64,000 nt of DNA from Kiritimatiellia bacterium. GTDB lineage: Bacteria; Verrucomicrobiota; Kiritimatiellia; CAIVKH01. Position numbers and translations under genes: made by a program. The notes under the pieces were generated by a model. It saw only the letters and a list, made by a program, of their open reading frames with translations. It made no database searches and was not told the origin of the DNA. The DNA is taken from positions 1,216 to 65,215 of the forward strand of contig DAOLCW010000003.1 of NCBI GenBank assembly GCA_035327665.1. Reading direction: 5' to 3'. Shown piece after piece: positions 1 to 10,100 of the stretch; within the stretch, counting starts at the first letter, position 1, and the number at the start of each line of letters is the position of its first letter.

Positions 1-659
1 AAGGCGGAAAGTTGGGCGATGTCGCGCTGGGGACTTTGAAGGTTCTGGCCGCGGAGCCAGGTGGTGTGGGCGCGGCGGGCGAGTTTGAGGGAGCCGGGGA
101 GGAGGATGTCGGTGCTTTCAAGTCCGGCTTCGACGCTGGCCCGCATGGCGTTCCAGATGGTGTCGAGACGGGGCCAGGGGTCGGTTTCGATTTCGGCGAC
201 GAGGTGCCAAAGGGTGAGGTTGTTTTTTTCGCAGTGGGCGAGGATTTCGGTGATGCCGGAGAAGGGATAGCGGATGGAGGAGATGGAGCCGACGGGGCCG
301 TGGGCGTCTTCGAGGGCGCCGCCGCCGACGCTGTAGACTTCCCAGTCGAGGAGGAGATCGCCGGAGGCGGCGTAGGCGCGGAGGAGGAGGGTGTTGGGAT
401 GGCGGGGGGTGGGGGCTTGGGTGTTCCAGATGACGTGATGGGGAAGGCCAGCGAGTTCGTTGCTGATGGTTTGGTCGGTGAGGTGGCCTTTGCCGGTTTC
501 GGCGAGGCTGCCGCGGAGTTCGACCTCGATGCGATCGGGAGGCTGGGGGAGGCGTTCGCGGAAGATGCGGGCGGCGCGCTGGGGGCCGATGCTGTGGGAG
601 CTGGAGGGGCCCTTGCCGATGCGGTAGATGTCGAAGATGGAGCCGATGGGTCCGTTCAT
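1..659 (-). CDS. sdaA: L-serine ammonia-lyase (iron-sulfur type), N-terminal part; the gene runs off the left edge of the window
   Basis: Missing from the ORF track because it is open at the window edge. The reverse complement of 657-659 is ATG. My translation reads MNGPIGSIFDIYRIGKGPSSSHSIGP..., the canonical IGxGPSSSH N-terminus of Fe-S serine dehydratases. Listed + ORF 12..734 is its antisense shadow. Confidence 0.8.
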   Translation of the reverse strand, partial: MNGPIGSIFDIYRIGKGPSSSHSIGPQRAARIFRERLPQPPDRIEVELRGSLAETGKGHLTDQTISNELAGLPHHVIWNTQAPTPRHPNTLLLRAYAASGDLLLDWEVYSVGGGALEDAHGPVGSISSIRYPFSGITEILAHCEKNNLTLWHLVAEIETDPWPRLDTIWNAMRASVEAGLESTDILLPGSLKLARRAHTTWLRGQNLQSPQRDIAQLSA

Positions 660-927
660 GGTTTTCCTCTGGGGGGAAGTTTGATGGGGTTTCGCGGGGA
701 AACCAAGCCGAAAGGGTATCGGGGTTTTGCTTAGCTTAACATCATGGGAGTTCCCGGCGGGGTTTGCTTTCACGGCGTTGGAATTCGGTTAGATTGATGA
801 GGAGAAAGATAACGCGAATGAGCGTTCAAGCTGGATGCGCATGAATGCCCCGGTGGGGGCAGCAGGGCTTCGGCTTGGGTTGCGGGAGAAGCCCGCAGTC
901 GATACGACGAGTCGTGGGAGATAAGAC

Positions 928-2133
928 ATGAATGAGATTAAAGGTATGAGCAAGGTGGAAGCGAGTCTGGACGCGGTGGCGGCGGGGGCCTCGGAGTTGT
1001 ACGGCAAGGATTTCCTGCTGACGTGGGACAAGTCAGGGGAGGATTTGATCCGGCTGTTGGAGTTGGCGTCGGCGTTGAAGGGGGTGCATGGGAGCAACCG
1101 GTCGCTGCGATGTTTCGATTCGGGGTTGGCGGTTTCGATTTTCCGGGACAACTCGACGCGGACGCGGTTTTCGTTTGCGTCGGCGGCGAACCTGCTGGGG
1201 TTGGCGGTGCAGGATCTGGATGAGGGGAAGTCGCAGATTGCCCACGGGGAGACGGTTCGGGAGACTGCGAATATGGTTTCGTTTCTCGCCGAGGTGATTG
1301 GCATTCGCGATGATATGTATCTGGGGGCGGGCCACACGTATATGAAGGAGGTGGGGGAGGCGCTGGATGACGGTTTTGCGAACGGGGTGCTGCCGTGCCG
1401 TCCGGCGATTGTGAATTTGCAATGCGATGTGGACCATCCGACGCAGGCGATGGCGGATCTGGCGTGGTTGAATGAAACGTACGGGTCGCTGGAGGCGCTG
1501 AAGGGGAAGACGCTGGCGATGACGTGGGCGTATTCACCGAGCTATGGGAAGCCGTTGTCGGTGCCGCAGGGGATCATCGGTTTGATGACGCGTTTCGGGA
1601 TGAATGTGCGACTGGCGTATCCGGAAGGGTACAATTTGATTCCGGAGGTGGAAGCGCTGGCGGCGAAGCAGGGAGCGGCTCACGGGGGGTCGTTCTCGGT
1701 GACGCACTCGATGGATGAGGCGTTTGACCAGGCGGACATCGTATATCCGAAGTCGTGGGCGCCGTTTGAGGTGATGGGACGGCGGACGGAGCTGCTGAAG
1801 CTGGGGGATCAAACGGGATTGAAGGAGTTGGAGCAGCACGCGCTGGCCCGGAATGCGAACCACCGGGATTGGACGTGCACGGAGGACCGGATGGCGAAGA
1901 CACGGAACGGGGACGCGTTGTACATGCATTGTCTGCCTGCGGACATCACCGGGGTTTCGTGCCGGGAGGGGGAAGTGGACGGGTCGGTGTTTGAGCGGTA
2001 CCGCATCCGGACGTACCGGGAGGCGGGCTGGAAGCCGTACATCATCGCGGCGATGATGCTGGCGGCGCGGTTCAAGAATCCGGCGGAGGTGGTGAGGGCG
2101 CGCATCCGGGAAGGCGTGTTGCGGCAACGGTAA
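928..2133 (+). CDS. ygeW: knotted carbamoyltransferase, YgeW family
   Basis: 401 aa, nearly colinear with E. coli YgeW as I recall it. Motifs: FRDNSTRTRFS, DLDEGKSQIAHGETVRETANM, NLQCDVDHPTQ, YMHCLPADI. Confidence 0.9.
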   Translation: MNEIKGMSKVEASLDAVAAGASELYGKDFLLTWDKSGEDLIRLLELASALKGVHGSNRSLRCFDSGLAVSIFRDNSTRTRFSFASAANLLGLAVQDLDEGKSQIAHGETVRETANMVSFLAEVIGIRDDMYLGAGHTYMKEVGEALDDGFANGVLPCRPAIVNLQCDVDHPTQAMADLAWLNETYGSLEALKGKTLAMTWAYSPSYGKPLSVPQGIIGLMTRFGMNVRLAYPEGYNLIPEVEALAAKQGAAHGGSFSVTHSMDEAFDQADIVYPKSWAPFEVMGRRTELLKLGDQTGLKELEQHALARNANHRDWTCTEDRMAKTRNGDALYMHCLPADITGVSCREGEVDGSVFERYRIRTYREAGWKPYIIAAMMLAARFKNPAEVVRARIREGVLRQR

Positions 2134-2152
2134 TTTCAACCCTTCGAGGTGG

Positions 2153-3112
2153 ATGATGAGCGGGGCAAAGCAACAACCGTTGGTGGTTCTGGCGATCGGC
2201 GGGAATTCGCTGATCAAGAACCCGCGGAAGATGACGGTGCTGGACCAGTACCGGTCGGCGGGGGAGACCTGCCACCATATTTCGCATCTGGTGCGACGGG
2301 GGTACCGGGTGGTGATTACGCACGGGAACGGTCCGCAGGTGGGGTTTATCCTGCTGCGGTCGGAGCTGGCAAAGGGCGTGCTTCACCAGGTGCCGCTGGA
2401 AAGTTGTGTGGCGGATACGCAGGGAGCGATTGGCTATCAGATCGCGCAGACGCTGCGGAATGAGCTGCGGCGTCAGCATGTGAGCCGGAAGGTGGCGGCG
2501 GTGGTGACGCAGGTGGTGGTGAACCGCAACGATCCGGCGTTCCGGAATCCGACAAAGCCGATCGGGCCGTTTTATTCGCGGGAGGACGCGGAACGCCACA
2601 TGGCGACGGAGGGTTGGAGCATGAAGGAGGATGCGGGGCGGGGATGGCGGAGGGTGGTGGCGTCGCCACAGCCGAAGGCGATTATCGAGGAGCCGGTGAT
2701 CAAGAGTTTGGTGGACGCAGGGGTGGTGGTGGTGGCGTTGGGAGGGGGCGGGATTCCGGTGACGCGCACCCGCGACGGAATTCTTGAGGGGTGTCCAGCG
2801 GTGATCGACAAGGATTTGGCCTCGTGTTTGCTGGCCCGGCATCTGCGGGCGGATATTTTTATGATCTCGACGGGGGTTCGGAATGTGGTGTTGCATTACG
2901 GAACCCCGAAGGCGAAGGCGTTGAGCCGGGTGTCGGCCGGGGAGATGCGGCGGTACCTCGAGGAGGGGCATTTCGGGGAGGGGAGTATGAAGCCGAAGGT
3001 GGAGGCGGCGCTGGATTTTCTCGAGCACGGGGGAAAACATGTAATCATTACGCGTCCTCAGGATATGGAAAAGGCCTTGAAGGAAAAGGCGGGGACGCAC
3101 ATTTTCCCCTGA
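2153..3112 (+). CDS. yqeA: carbamate kinase (YqeA/ArcC family)
   Basis: 319 aa. Motifs: AIGGNSL, THGNGPQVG, NPTKPIGPFY, RRVVASPQP, GGGGIPV, EGHFGEGSMKPKVEAA. Lies 20 nt after ygeW. Confidence 0.9.
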   Translation: MMSGAKQQPLVVLAIGGNSLIKNPRKMTVLDQYRSAGETCHHISHLVRRGYRVVITHGNGPQVGFILLRSELAKGVLHQVPLESCVADTQGAIGYQIAQTLRNELRRQHVSRKVAAVVTQVVVNRNDPAFRNPTKPIGPFYSREDAERHMATEGWSMKEDAGRGWRRVVASPQPKAIIEEPVIKSLVDAGVVVVALGGGGIPVTRTRDGILEGCPAVIDKDLASCLLARHLRADIFMISTGVRNVVLHYGTPKAKALSRVSAGEMRRYLEEGHFGEGSMKPKVEAALDFLEHGGKHVIITRPQDMEKALKEKAGTHIFP

Positions 3113-3143
3113 GGGGGCGAAGGGGCGAGCCGGGAGCACGACG

Positions 3144-4427
3144 ATGTATATGACTGGTTTTCAGTGTTTGCGGTGCGGCCACGGGTCGGAGAGCCTTGGA
3201 GAGGACATGGCGTGCGGGGTCTGCGGGGGGAATCTGGAGGTGGTGTATGCCTACGACATGCTTCGGGATCTCGCGGAGGCGGGCCGGTTGTGGACATCGG
3301 GTCGACGGGATGTGTTCCGTTATTTGCCTTTGCTTCCGGTGAGGGATGTGTCGCTGGCGTCGCCGTTGCGGGTGGGATGTACGCCACTTTATGAGGCGAA
3401 CCGGCTGGGGGAACGGGCGGGGTTGCGGGGGGTGATGATCAAGGATGACGGGATGAACCCGACGTCGTCGTTCAAGGACCGGGCGGGAGCGATCGCGCTG
3501 GTAAGAGCGCGAGAGACGGGGGCGAGGGTGATTGCGGGGGCATCGACGGGGAATGCGGGGAGTTCGATTGCGGGGCTTTGCGCGAGTGTGGGGCAGGCGT
3601 GCGTGGTGTTTGTTCCGGAGTCGGCCCCGCCGGCGAAGTTGCTTCAGCTCCGGGCGTACGGGGCGGCGGTGATTGCGGTGCGGGGAACCTATGATGATGC
3701 GTACGACTTGTGTACGAAGACCTGCAAGGCGTATGGGTGGTTCAACCGGAACACGGGGGCGAATCCGTTTACGCGGGAAGGGAAGAAGACCTGTAGTTTT
3801 GAGATCTGGGAGCAGTTGGGAGGGGTGGCCCCGGACCGGGTGGTGGTGCCGGTGGGGGATGGAAACATCATCAGCGGAATCTGGAAAGGATTCCGGGATT
3901 TACTGCGGGTGGGATTGATTGACCGGATGCCGAAGATTGACGCGGCGCAGGCGGCAGGAAGCGCGGCGGTGACGCGAACGGTGGAGCGGTTGCGGAGTGA
4001 AGGGGGGGCTTTGACGACAATGGACTGGCGTTCGGTCGAGGTGGAGACGGTGTCGGCGAAGACGCTGGCGGATTCGATTTCCGTGGATGCGCCGCGGGAT
4101 GGCTTGGCGGCGGTAAGGGCGGTGCTGGAGACGGGAGGGGAGGCGGTAGCGGTCGCGGACGAGGCGATTCTGGACGCAGAACGGGAACTGGCCTCGGTGG
4201 CGGGGATTTTTACTGAGCCGGCGTCGGCGACAGCGTGGGCGGGGATCAAGGCGCTTGCGGCATCGGGGAGGTTGGATCCGGACGAACGGATGGTGTGCCT
4301 GTTGACGGGGAACGGTTTGAAGGACGCGGGGAAGATTGCGGGACGGTTGCCCGAGCTTCCGGTGATTGATCCGGAGGTAACGGCGGTGGAGCGGGTGCTT
4401 GAGGGGTCGGGGTTGTTGGAGGGGTAG
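3144..4427 (+). CDS. threonine-synthase-family PLP enzyme (fold type II) with N-terminal zinc ribbon
   Basis: 427 aa. CLRCG...CGVCGG ribbon, PLP-lysine motif NPTSSFKDRAG, glycine loop GASTGNAG. True substrate unknown. Confidence 0.75.
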   Translation: MYMTGFQCLRCGHGSESLGEDMACGVCGGNLEVVYAYDMLRDLAEAGRLWTSGRRDVFRYLPLLPVRDVSLASPLRVGCTPLYEANRLGERAGLRGVMIKDDGMNPTSSFKDRAGAIALVRARETGARVIAGASTGNAGSSIAGLCASVGQACVVFVPESAPPAKLLQLRAYGAAVIAVRGTYDDAYDLCTKTCKAYGWFNRNTGANPFTREGKKTCSFEIWEQLGGVAPDRVVVPVGDGNIISGIWKGFRDLLRVGLIDRMPKIDAAQAAGSAAVTRTVERLRSEGGALTTMDWRSVEVETVSAKTLADSISVDAPRDGLAAVRAVLETGGEAVAVADEAILDAERELASVAGIFTEPASATAWAGIKALAASGRLDPDERMVCLLTGNGLKDAGKIAGRLPELPVIDPEVTAVERVLEGSGLLEG

Positions 4428-4433
4428 GCTGGC

Positions 4434-4844
4434 TCAGGGCGAGTTGACCCAATGGCCTTCCCCGTCGGTATAGACTTCCTTTTTCCAGACGGGAAGTTGT
4501 TCCTTGATGGTGTCGATGAGGAAGCGGCAAAGGTCGAAGGCGGCGGTACGGTGCGGGGTGGCGACGCCGATCCAGACGGCGGTTTCACCGGGGACAAGGA
4601 TGCCTACGCGATGGGCGGCGGCAATGGTGGCGGGGCCATGGCGGCGGATGCCTTCGGCGGCAATGGCTTCGAACACCGGGGCGACGAGAGGTTCAGCGGC
4701 CTCGTAATGGAGATGACGGACGGTGCGGTCGTCGTGACGATCTCTCACCACACCTTCGAAGATGACGATTCCTCCGAGCTGAGTGGAGTCGAGGTGGCGG
4801 CGCAGGGCCAGCGTGTCGATGGGTTTTTCGGTGAGATAAAACAT
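4434..4844 (-). CDS. moaE: molybdopterin synthase catalytic subunit MoaE
   Basis: Start moved to the internal ATG (complement of 4842-4844), giving MFYLTEKPID.... Motifs: FEGVVRD, HRVGILVPGE, LPVWKKE. Confidence 0.85.
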   Translation of the reverse strand: MFYLTEKPIDTLALRRHLDSTQLGGIVIFEGVVRDRHDDRTVRHLHYEAAEPLVAPVFEAIAAEGIRRHGPATIAAAHRVGILVPGETAVWIGVATPHRTAAFDLCRFLIDTIKEQLPVWKKEVYTDGEGHWVNSP

Positions 4845-4947
4845 GAACGGTTTGGTTCCAGGGCGGGGATTGTAAGGGCAATTTTTGCGGATGCAAGGGA
4901 CTTGACGCAAGGGCGAGGGAAAGGAAGTCTTCCCATGAGGAGATGCA

Positions 4948-6096
4948 ATGACAGCTACACCGCCTTTCGATTCGTTGGTTAAAACCGGTCGCCGGTGGGG
5001 ACGTCGAGCCCGTCGGCAGTTGCGGCGGACGCTGGGTTTGTCGAGCCCGACCCGGGCGAAGCCGGTCGGTTTGTCGCCGGGTTCTTTGGTGTATGTGGGG
5101 GAACCGGTAACTGAACCGGCGCGGATGACGGCGATGGTCTATCACGACACCCGATGCGAGGAGAAGGTGGTGGAGCGGGTGGAGGACCTGGACGGTTTGT
5201 TGGCGGAGGGGGGGAAGTTATGGCTGAATGTGGACGGCATCCATGATGTGGGTTTGATGGAGGCGTTGGGGAAACGATTTTCGATTCATCCGCTGGCGGT
5301 GGAGGACATCGTTCATACAAACCAACGGGCGAAGTTGGAGGATTACGGGGACAAACTGTTTGTGGTGCTGCGGATGTTTGTGAGCCGGGAGGTCCGGGGG
5401 ATGGCGAATGAGCAGGTGAGCATGATTCTTGGGCAGGACGTGTTGATTACCTTTCAAGAGAAAGCGGGGGATGTTTTTGAACCGGTTCGGGATCGCTTGC
5501 GCAAGGGGGGGCCGAAGATGCGTCTGGGCGGGGTGGATTATCTTGCCTATGCCTTGATCGATGCGGTGGTCGACCATTACTTTCAGTTGTTGGAAGTGGT
5601 GGGAGAAGAGATCGAGACGATGGAAACCCGGCTGGTGAGCAAACCGCAGGCGGAGGATTTGGCGGCGATTCATCAGCACCGGCGGGATCTGGTGATCCTC
5701 CGCAAGTCGGTTTGGCCTTTGCGGGAAGTTCTGGGGGCACTTCAGCGTAACGAGGCAGGATTGATTCAGGGCTCGACGGGGGTCTATCTCCGGGATGTCT
5801 ACGACCATACGATTCAGGTGATCGATACCATCGAGTCCTACCGAGACGTGATTATGGGGATGTTGGATTTATACCTGTCGAGCATCAGCCTGAAGACGAA
5901 CGAGGTGATGAAGGTTCTGACGATCATTGCCACCATTTTTATTCCGCTGACCTTTTTTGCCGGGGTGTACGGGATGAACTTCGAGCGGTTTCCGGAATTG
6001 GCGTGGAGCTGGATGTATCCGGAAGGGTTCTGGATTTTTGTGGCGACTTGCGTAGCGGGCATGGTGGGGTTGTTCAAGTGGAAGCGGTGGTTGTAA
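4948..6096 (+). CDS. corA: CorA-family magnesium/cobalt transporter
   Basis: 382 aa. C-terminal two-helix membrane domain with the GVYGMNF (GMN) signature. The N-terminal start is uncertain (basic extension). Confidence 0.9.
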   Translation: MTATPPFDSLVKTGRRWGRRARRQLRRTLGLSSPTRAKPVGLSPGSLVYVGEPVTEPARMTAMVYHDTRCEEKVVERVEDLDGLLAEGGKLWLNVDGIHDVGLMEALGKRFSIHPLAVEDIVHTNQRAKLEDYGDKLFVVLRMFVSREVRGMANEQVSMILGQDVLITFQEKAGDVFEPVRDRLRKGGPKMRLGGVDYLAYALIDAVVDHYFQLLEVVGEEIETMETRLVSKPQAEDLAAIHQHRRDLVILRKSVWPLREVLGALQRNEAGLIQGSTGVYLRDVYDHTIQVIDTIESYRDVIMGMLDLYLSSISLKTNEVMKVLTIIATIFIPLTFFAGVYGMNFERFPELAWSWMYPEGFWIFVATCVAGMVGLFKWKRWL

Positions 6097-6109
6097 GCTG
6101 GCGAGGGCT

Positions 6110-6985
6110 TCAGCGGCCAGAGGGCCGGTAGTACCGGTAGGCGTCGGGGAGGAGCCGTTCGATGGCGCGGATGCGGTCGCGGTCGACGGGATGGGTGCGG
6201 AGGAACCAGGGGGTGGCTCCACCGCGGGCCCGGTTGTAGTCGGCGAAGCGCTGCCAGAAGTGGACGGCCTCGCCGGGGTCGTAGCCGGCCTTGGCCATGT
6301 AGATGAGGCCGATATGGTCGGCTTCGAGTTCCTGTTTCCGGCTGTGGGGGAGGGCGACACCAAGGGTGGTGCCGAGGCCATAGGCGGCCATGATGAGGGC
6401 GCGAACGGCGGGATCCTCCTCGCCGGTGGCGACGGCGACGGCGCCAGCTCCGACTTGGAGCATGATGGCCTGACTCATACGTTCCGCGCCGTGGCGGGCG
6501 ACCGCGTGGGCGACTTCGTGGCCGATCACGGTGGCGAGTCCGGCTTCATTCAAGGTGATGGGAAGGATGCCGGTATGGACGCCAATCTTTCCGCCGGGGA
6601 GGCAAAAGGCATTGGGTTCATCGTTGTTGAAAACGACGAACTCCCATTGGGCGCCGGGGAGGTCGGCGACGGCAGCGATTCGTTCACCGACTTGCCGGAC
6701 CATGGCGTTGATTTCGGGATCGTTGTTGATGGAGCCGGATTGTTTGATTTCCTGAAAGGCGGATTGGCCGAGGCTCATTTCCTGACTTTTGGAGAGGAGG
6801 ATCATTTGGCGCCGGCCGGTTTCGGGTACGGTTGCGCATCCGGAGCCGAAGAGGGCGGCGCAGGCGATGAGCAAGAGAACGAGGCGGGTTGCAGGATAAA
6901 AAATAGAATGTGAGATGGGCTTCAAGGAAACGTCCTCCGGGAGCGATCGAAGAACAACTATGTGCACTGGAGATAAAAGGGTCAA
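6110..6985 (-). CDS. M48-family zinc metalloprotease lipoprotein
   Basis: HEVAHAVARH (HExxH) motif, lipobox LFGSGC, downstream glutamate (ELEADHIG). Exact start uncertain. Confidence 0.8.
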   Translation of the reverse strand: MTLLSPVHIVVLRSLPEDVSLKPISHSIFYPATRLVLLLIACAALFGSGCATVPETGRRQMILLSKSQEMSLGQSAFQEIKQSGSINNDPEINAMVRQVGERIAAVADLPGAQWEFVVFNNDEPNAFCLPGGKIGVHTGILPITLNEAGLATVIGHEVAHAVARHGAERMSQAIMLQVGAGAVAVATGEEDPAVRALIMAAYGLGTTLGVALPHSRKQELEADHIGLIYMAKAGYDPGEAVHFWQRFADYNRARGGATPWFLRTHPVDRDRIRAIERLLPDAYRYYRPSGR

Positions 6986-7028
6986 GCCGTGGCGGGAGGA
7001 GTGGTAAATAAGTTTATCAAGTTCGGGG

Positions 7029-7057
7029 TTGCATTCAGGGCAGGAGTTTCATTTAAT
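7029..7057 (+). promoter_or_regulatory. candidate sigma70-like promoter upstream of the adhesin gene
   Basis: TTGCAT (7029-7034), 17-nt spacer, TTTAAT (7052-7057), about 72 nt upstream of the ATG at 7130. Pattern match only. Confidence 0.25.
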
Positions 7058-7129
7058 TCCAACTATGAGGAGTTAGGGATTTAATCCGGGACAAATAGCC
7101 GGGGAATCCCTGATATTTGGAGCAGGACT

Positions 7130-10100
7130 ATGTTTACGCTGTCGCGTTGTTTTCGCTTGGCTTTGATCGCTTTGATTCCATGGGGATTTGGACTGGAGGC
7201 GGGGGCTCAAACCAATCAAGCTCCGGTGATCACCTTCCCGGCGATCGCCATGACGCCGGAAGGAACGCCGTTTGTGTTTTCGGGGCTCAACTCGGTTTCG
7301 GTTGCCGATCCGGATGTCGGGGCGTCCAATATGACGATGCGGATGCGTGTGTTGCCCCCAGCGGCCGGCGTCTTATCGATCGCCACGCCGCTGCCTGCAG
7401 GCGTGACGTTCATCAATGCCACCGTCAACAACTCGAATGAGCTTTGGTTGCAGGGGGGGATCACCAACATCAATCTGGCGATCTCCTCGCTGGTGTACAG
7501 CAATGCGCTGTATACGAATGGAACCTTCTCGGTGGGATTTGCCGCCAACGATCTCGGGCACAATGGTACCGGTGGCCCTCAGGTGACGGTTGAGAGCACG
7601 AGCATGACGGTTACACCCGTCAACAATGCGCCGGTGATTGCCCTGCCGCCGGGGCTCACCAATGTGATTTGGGAAGACACTCTCCTCACCATGCCGATCA
7701 CGGTGACCGACCCGGACCTCTTCGACAACCCCGGGGCCTATGAATTTCAAGTCAGTTTGTCGGCGACCAACGGTCCGATCGTGATCGGTCCAACCAACGG
7801 GTTGACGTTCACCGCGGGTGATCCCCTGGTAACCACGGGCGGGGTGATCGTGGTGACGAACGCGACGTTCCGGGGTCCGTATTCTCTGATGACGAATACC
7901 CTGGCTCAGGTGGTTTACCTTCCCCTGCTCGATTTTAATGGTGTGGATACGATTACCATCCAGGTCAACGACCTTGGCAATTTCGGGACGGGCGGGCCGT
8001 TGTCGACCACGGTGGTGCATGTGGTGACGGTCCTCGCCTCGAACGATGCGCCGACCCTCGACCTTCCGGATTTCGTCAACGGGAATGAAGGCGAAGAGAT
8101 CTTTCTTGGATTGGGTGGCACGGTTGACGATGTGGATGTGGGGGAGGACCCGTTGGGCGAGTTGCTGCTTACCTTATCGGTAACCAATGGCACCCTGACA
8201 TTTTTATCCACGAATGGCTTGACGTTTACGGGAGGGGCAAACGGCACCACCGGAGTTACAGTGACCGCGAGTTTGGAAGATTTGAATGTGGCACTGGGCA
8301 GTTTGGTCTATCAGGGATTTCCGAACTTTTTCGGGTTTGACACCCTTCAGGTGTTTGTAAGCGACCAAGGCTTTACGGGGGCGGGCGGGGTATTCACGGA
8401 TACAGGCACGGTGGCGATCGAGGTGTTTCAGGTCAATGATGCGCCGGAGTTGGACAGTTCGGTGGACATGACGCTGCCGAACATCCTTGAGGATGATTTC
8501 ACCAATACGGGAGCGACGGTGGCGGCGATACTCGCCACAGGTGCGGGGGGCGATCCGATTTTCGATCCCGATCCGGGAGCGGTGGACGGCATTGCGGTGT
8601 TCGAACCGGATAACAACGGGGGTGCGTGGGAGTACTCGATCAATGGCGGGGTGACCTGGACGGGGTTCGGGGACATCTTTGAAACGGGGGCGGTGTTGTT
8701 GAATCCGGCAGCGCGGATCCGGTTCGTGCCCAGTCCTGATTACAACGGGACCAACACCTTTCTGTTCCGGGCGTGGGACCAGACCTCGGGGGCAAACGGG
8801 GATACCGGTGCGGATTCCTCGATCAACGGGGGATCGACGGCGTTCAGCACAAATGTCGCGCTGGCCCGGATTGTGGTGTTGCCGGTCAACGATGCACCGG
8901 TGTTCACCAACCTGACCGGGATCGCGCTCAACAATCAGGATGAGAATGACTTCAACCCGCCGGGAACGACGATCTCCAACATCCTTGAGAACGCGAATCA
9001 ACCGTTGATCGATATCGACGGAGACCCGGTTGGTTTTGCGGTGATTGGCCGAAACAATACGGACGGAGTCTGGGAGTATTCGACGGACGGGGGCGGGAGT
9101 TTTGCCCCGATCGGTGCGGTTGGTCTGGCGAGTTCACTACTCCTCGATGAGGATGCGGTGTTGCGGTTTATTCCGAATCCCGGGTGGTTTGGATTTGCGG
9201 ACATCGTGGTGCGCGGCTGGGATTTGACGGTCGGCACAAGCGGTCAGACCGGGGTCAATGCGGGACCGGGCGGGGGAACAAGTGCGTTCAGTTCGATGTC
9301 GGCGACGGTTACGGTGGAGGTGGTCGACATCAATGATGCACCGGTGCTCGATCCGACCGGCCCGTTCACGTTCACTCCGATTGGGGTCAATGATTTTGAC
9401 AACCCTGGCGATTCGATTTCCAATGTGCTGGCGGGCGCGGGAACTCCGATCACCGATGCGGATGTCAACGATTCACAGGGCATTGCGGTGATCGCGGTGG
9501 ATACCAGCTTTGGACTTTGGCAGTACTCGCTGGACGGGGGCGGACTGTGGAATGTTCTTGGACCGGCGAGCCTTGATGCGGCGGTCTTGCTGCCGGATCA
9601 CGCTTTGGTCCGGTTTGTGCCAAGTCCGAATTTCGGCGGATCGGCAACGCTCGAGTTTCATGCCTGGGACCGTTCAGCGGGCAGCGATGGCGAAGGTGGG
9701 GTGGATGTGTCGGTGAACGGGGGTTCGACGCCGTTCAGCACGAACAGCGCAATCGCCTCGGTGTCGATGATTTCTTCAAACAATGCGCCGGTCCTTGACA
9801 ATTCGGTGACGTTTCTTCTGACCACGATAGCCGAGAACAATGTGAGCAGCCCCGGTGATGAGGTTGTGTTTATCATCGCCAGTCCCGGTGGGGACCGGAT
9901 TACCGATGCCGATGTGGGCGCTCTTGAAGGCCTGGCTGTGGTCGAAGTCGATGATGCCAATGGAGTTTGGCAGTACTCGATCAACGGCGGGGCGACCTGG
10001 CTTCCGTTCGGGGCGGTTACCCCGGCTTCGGCGGTTTTGCTGGATACCTCGGACTTCATCCGGTTCGTGCCCGACCCCGGGTTCTTCGGCCAGGCTACCT

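Noticed and set aside
12-734. 240-aa + strand ORF at the left edge.
   Set aside because: G/A/E/V-rich low-complexity translation that lies exactly antisense to a clearly recognisable L-serine dehydratase N-terminus on the minus strand.
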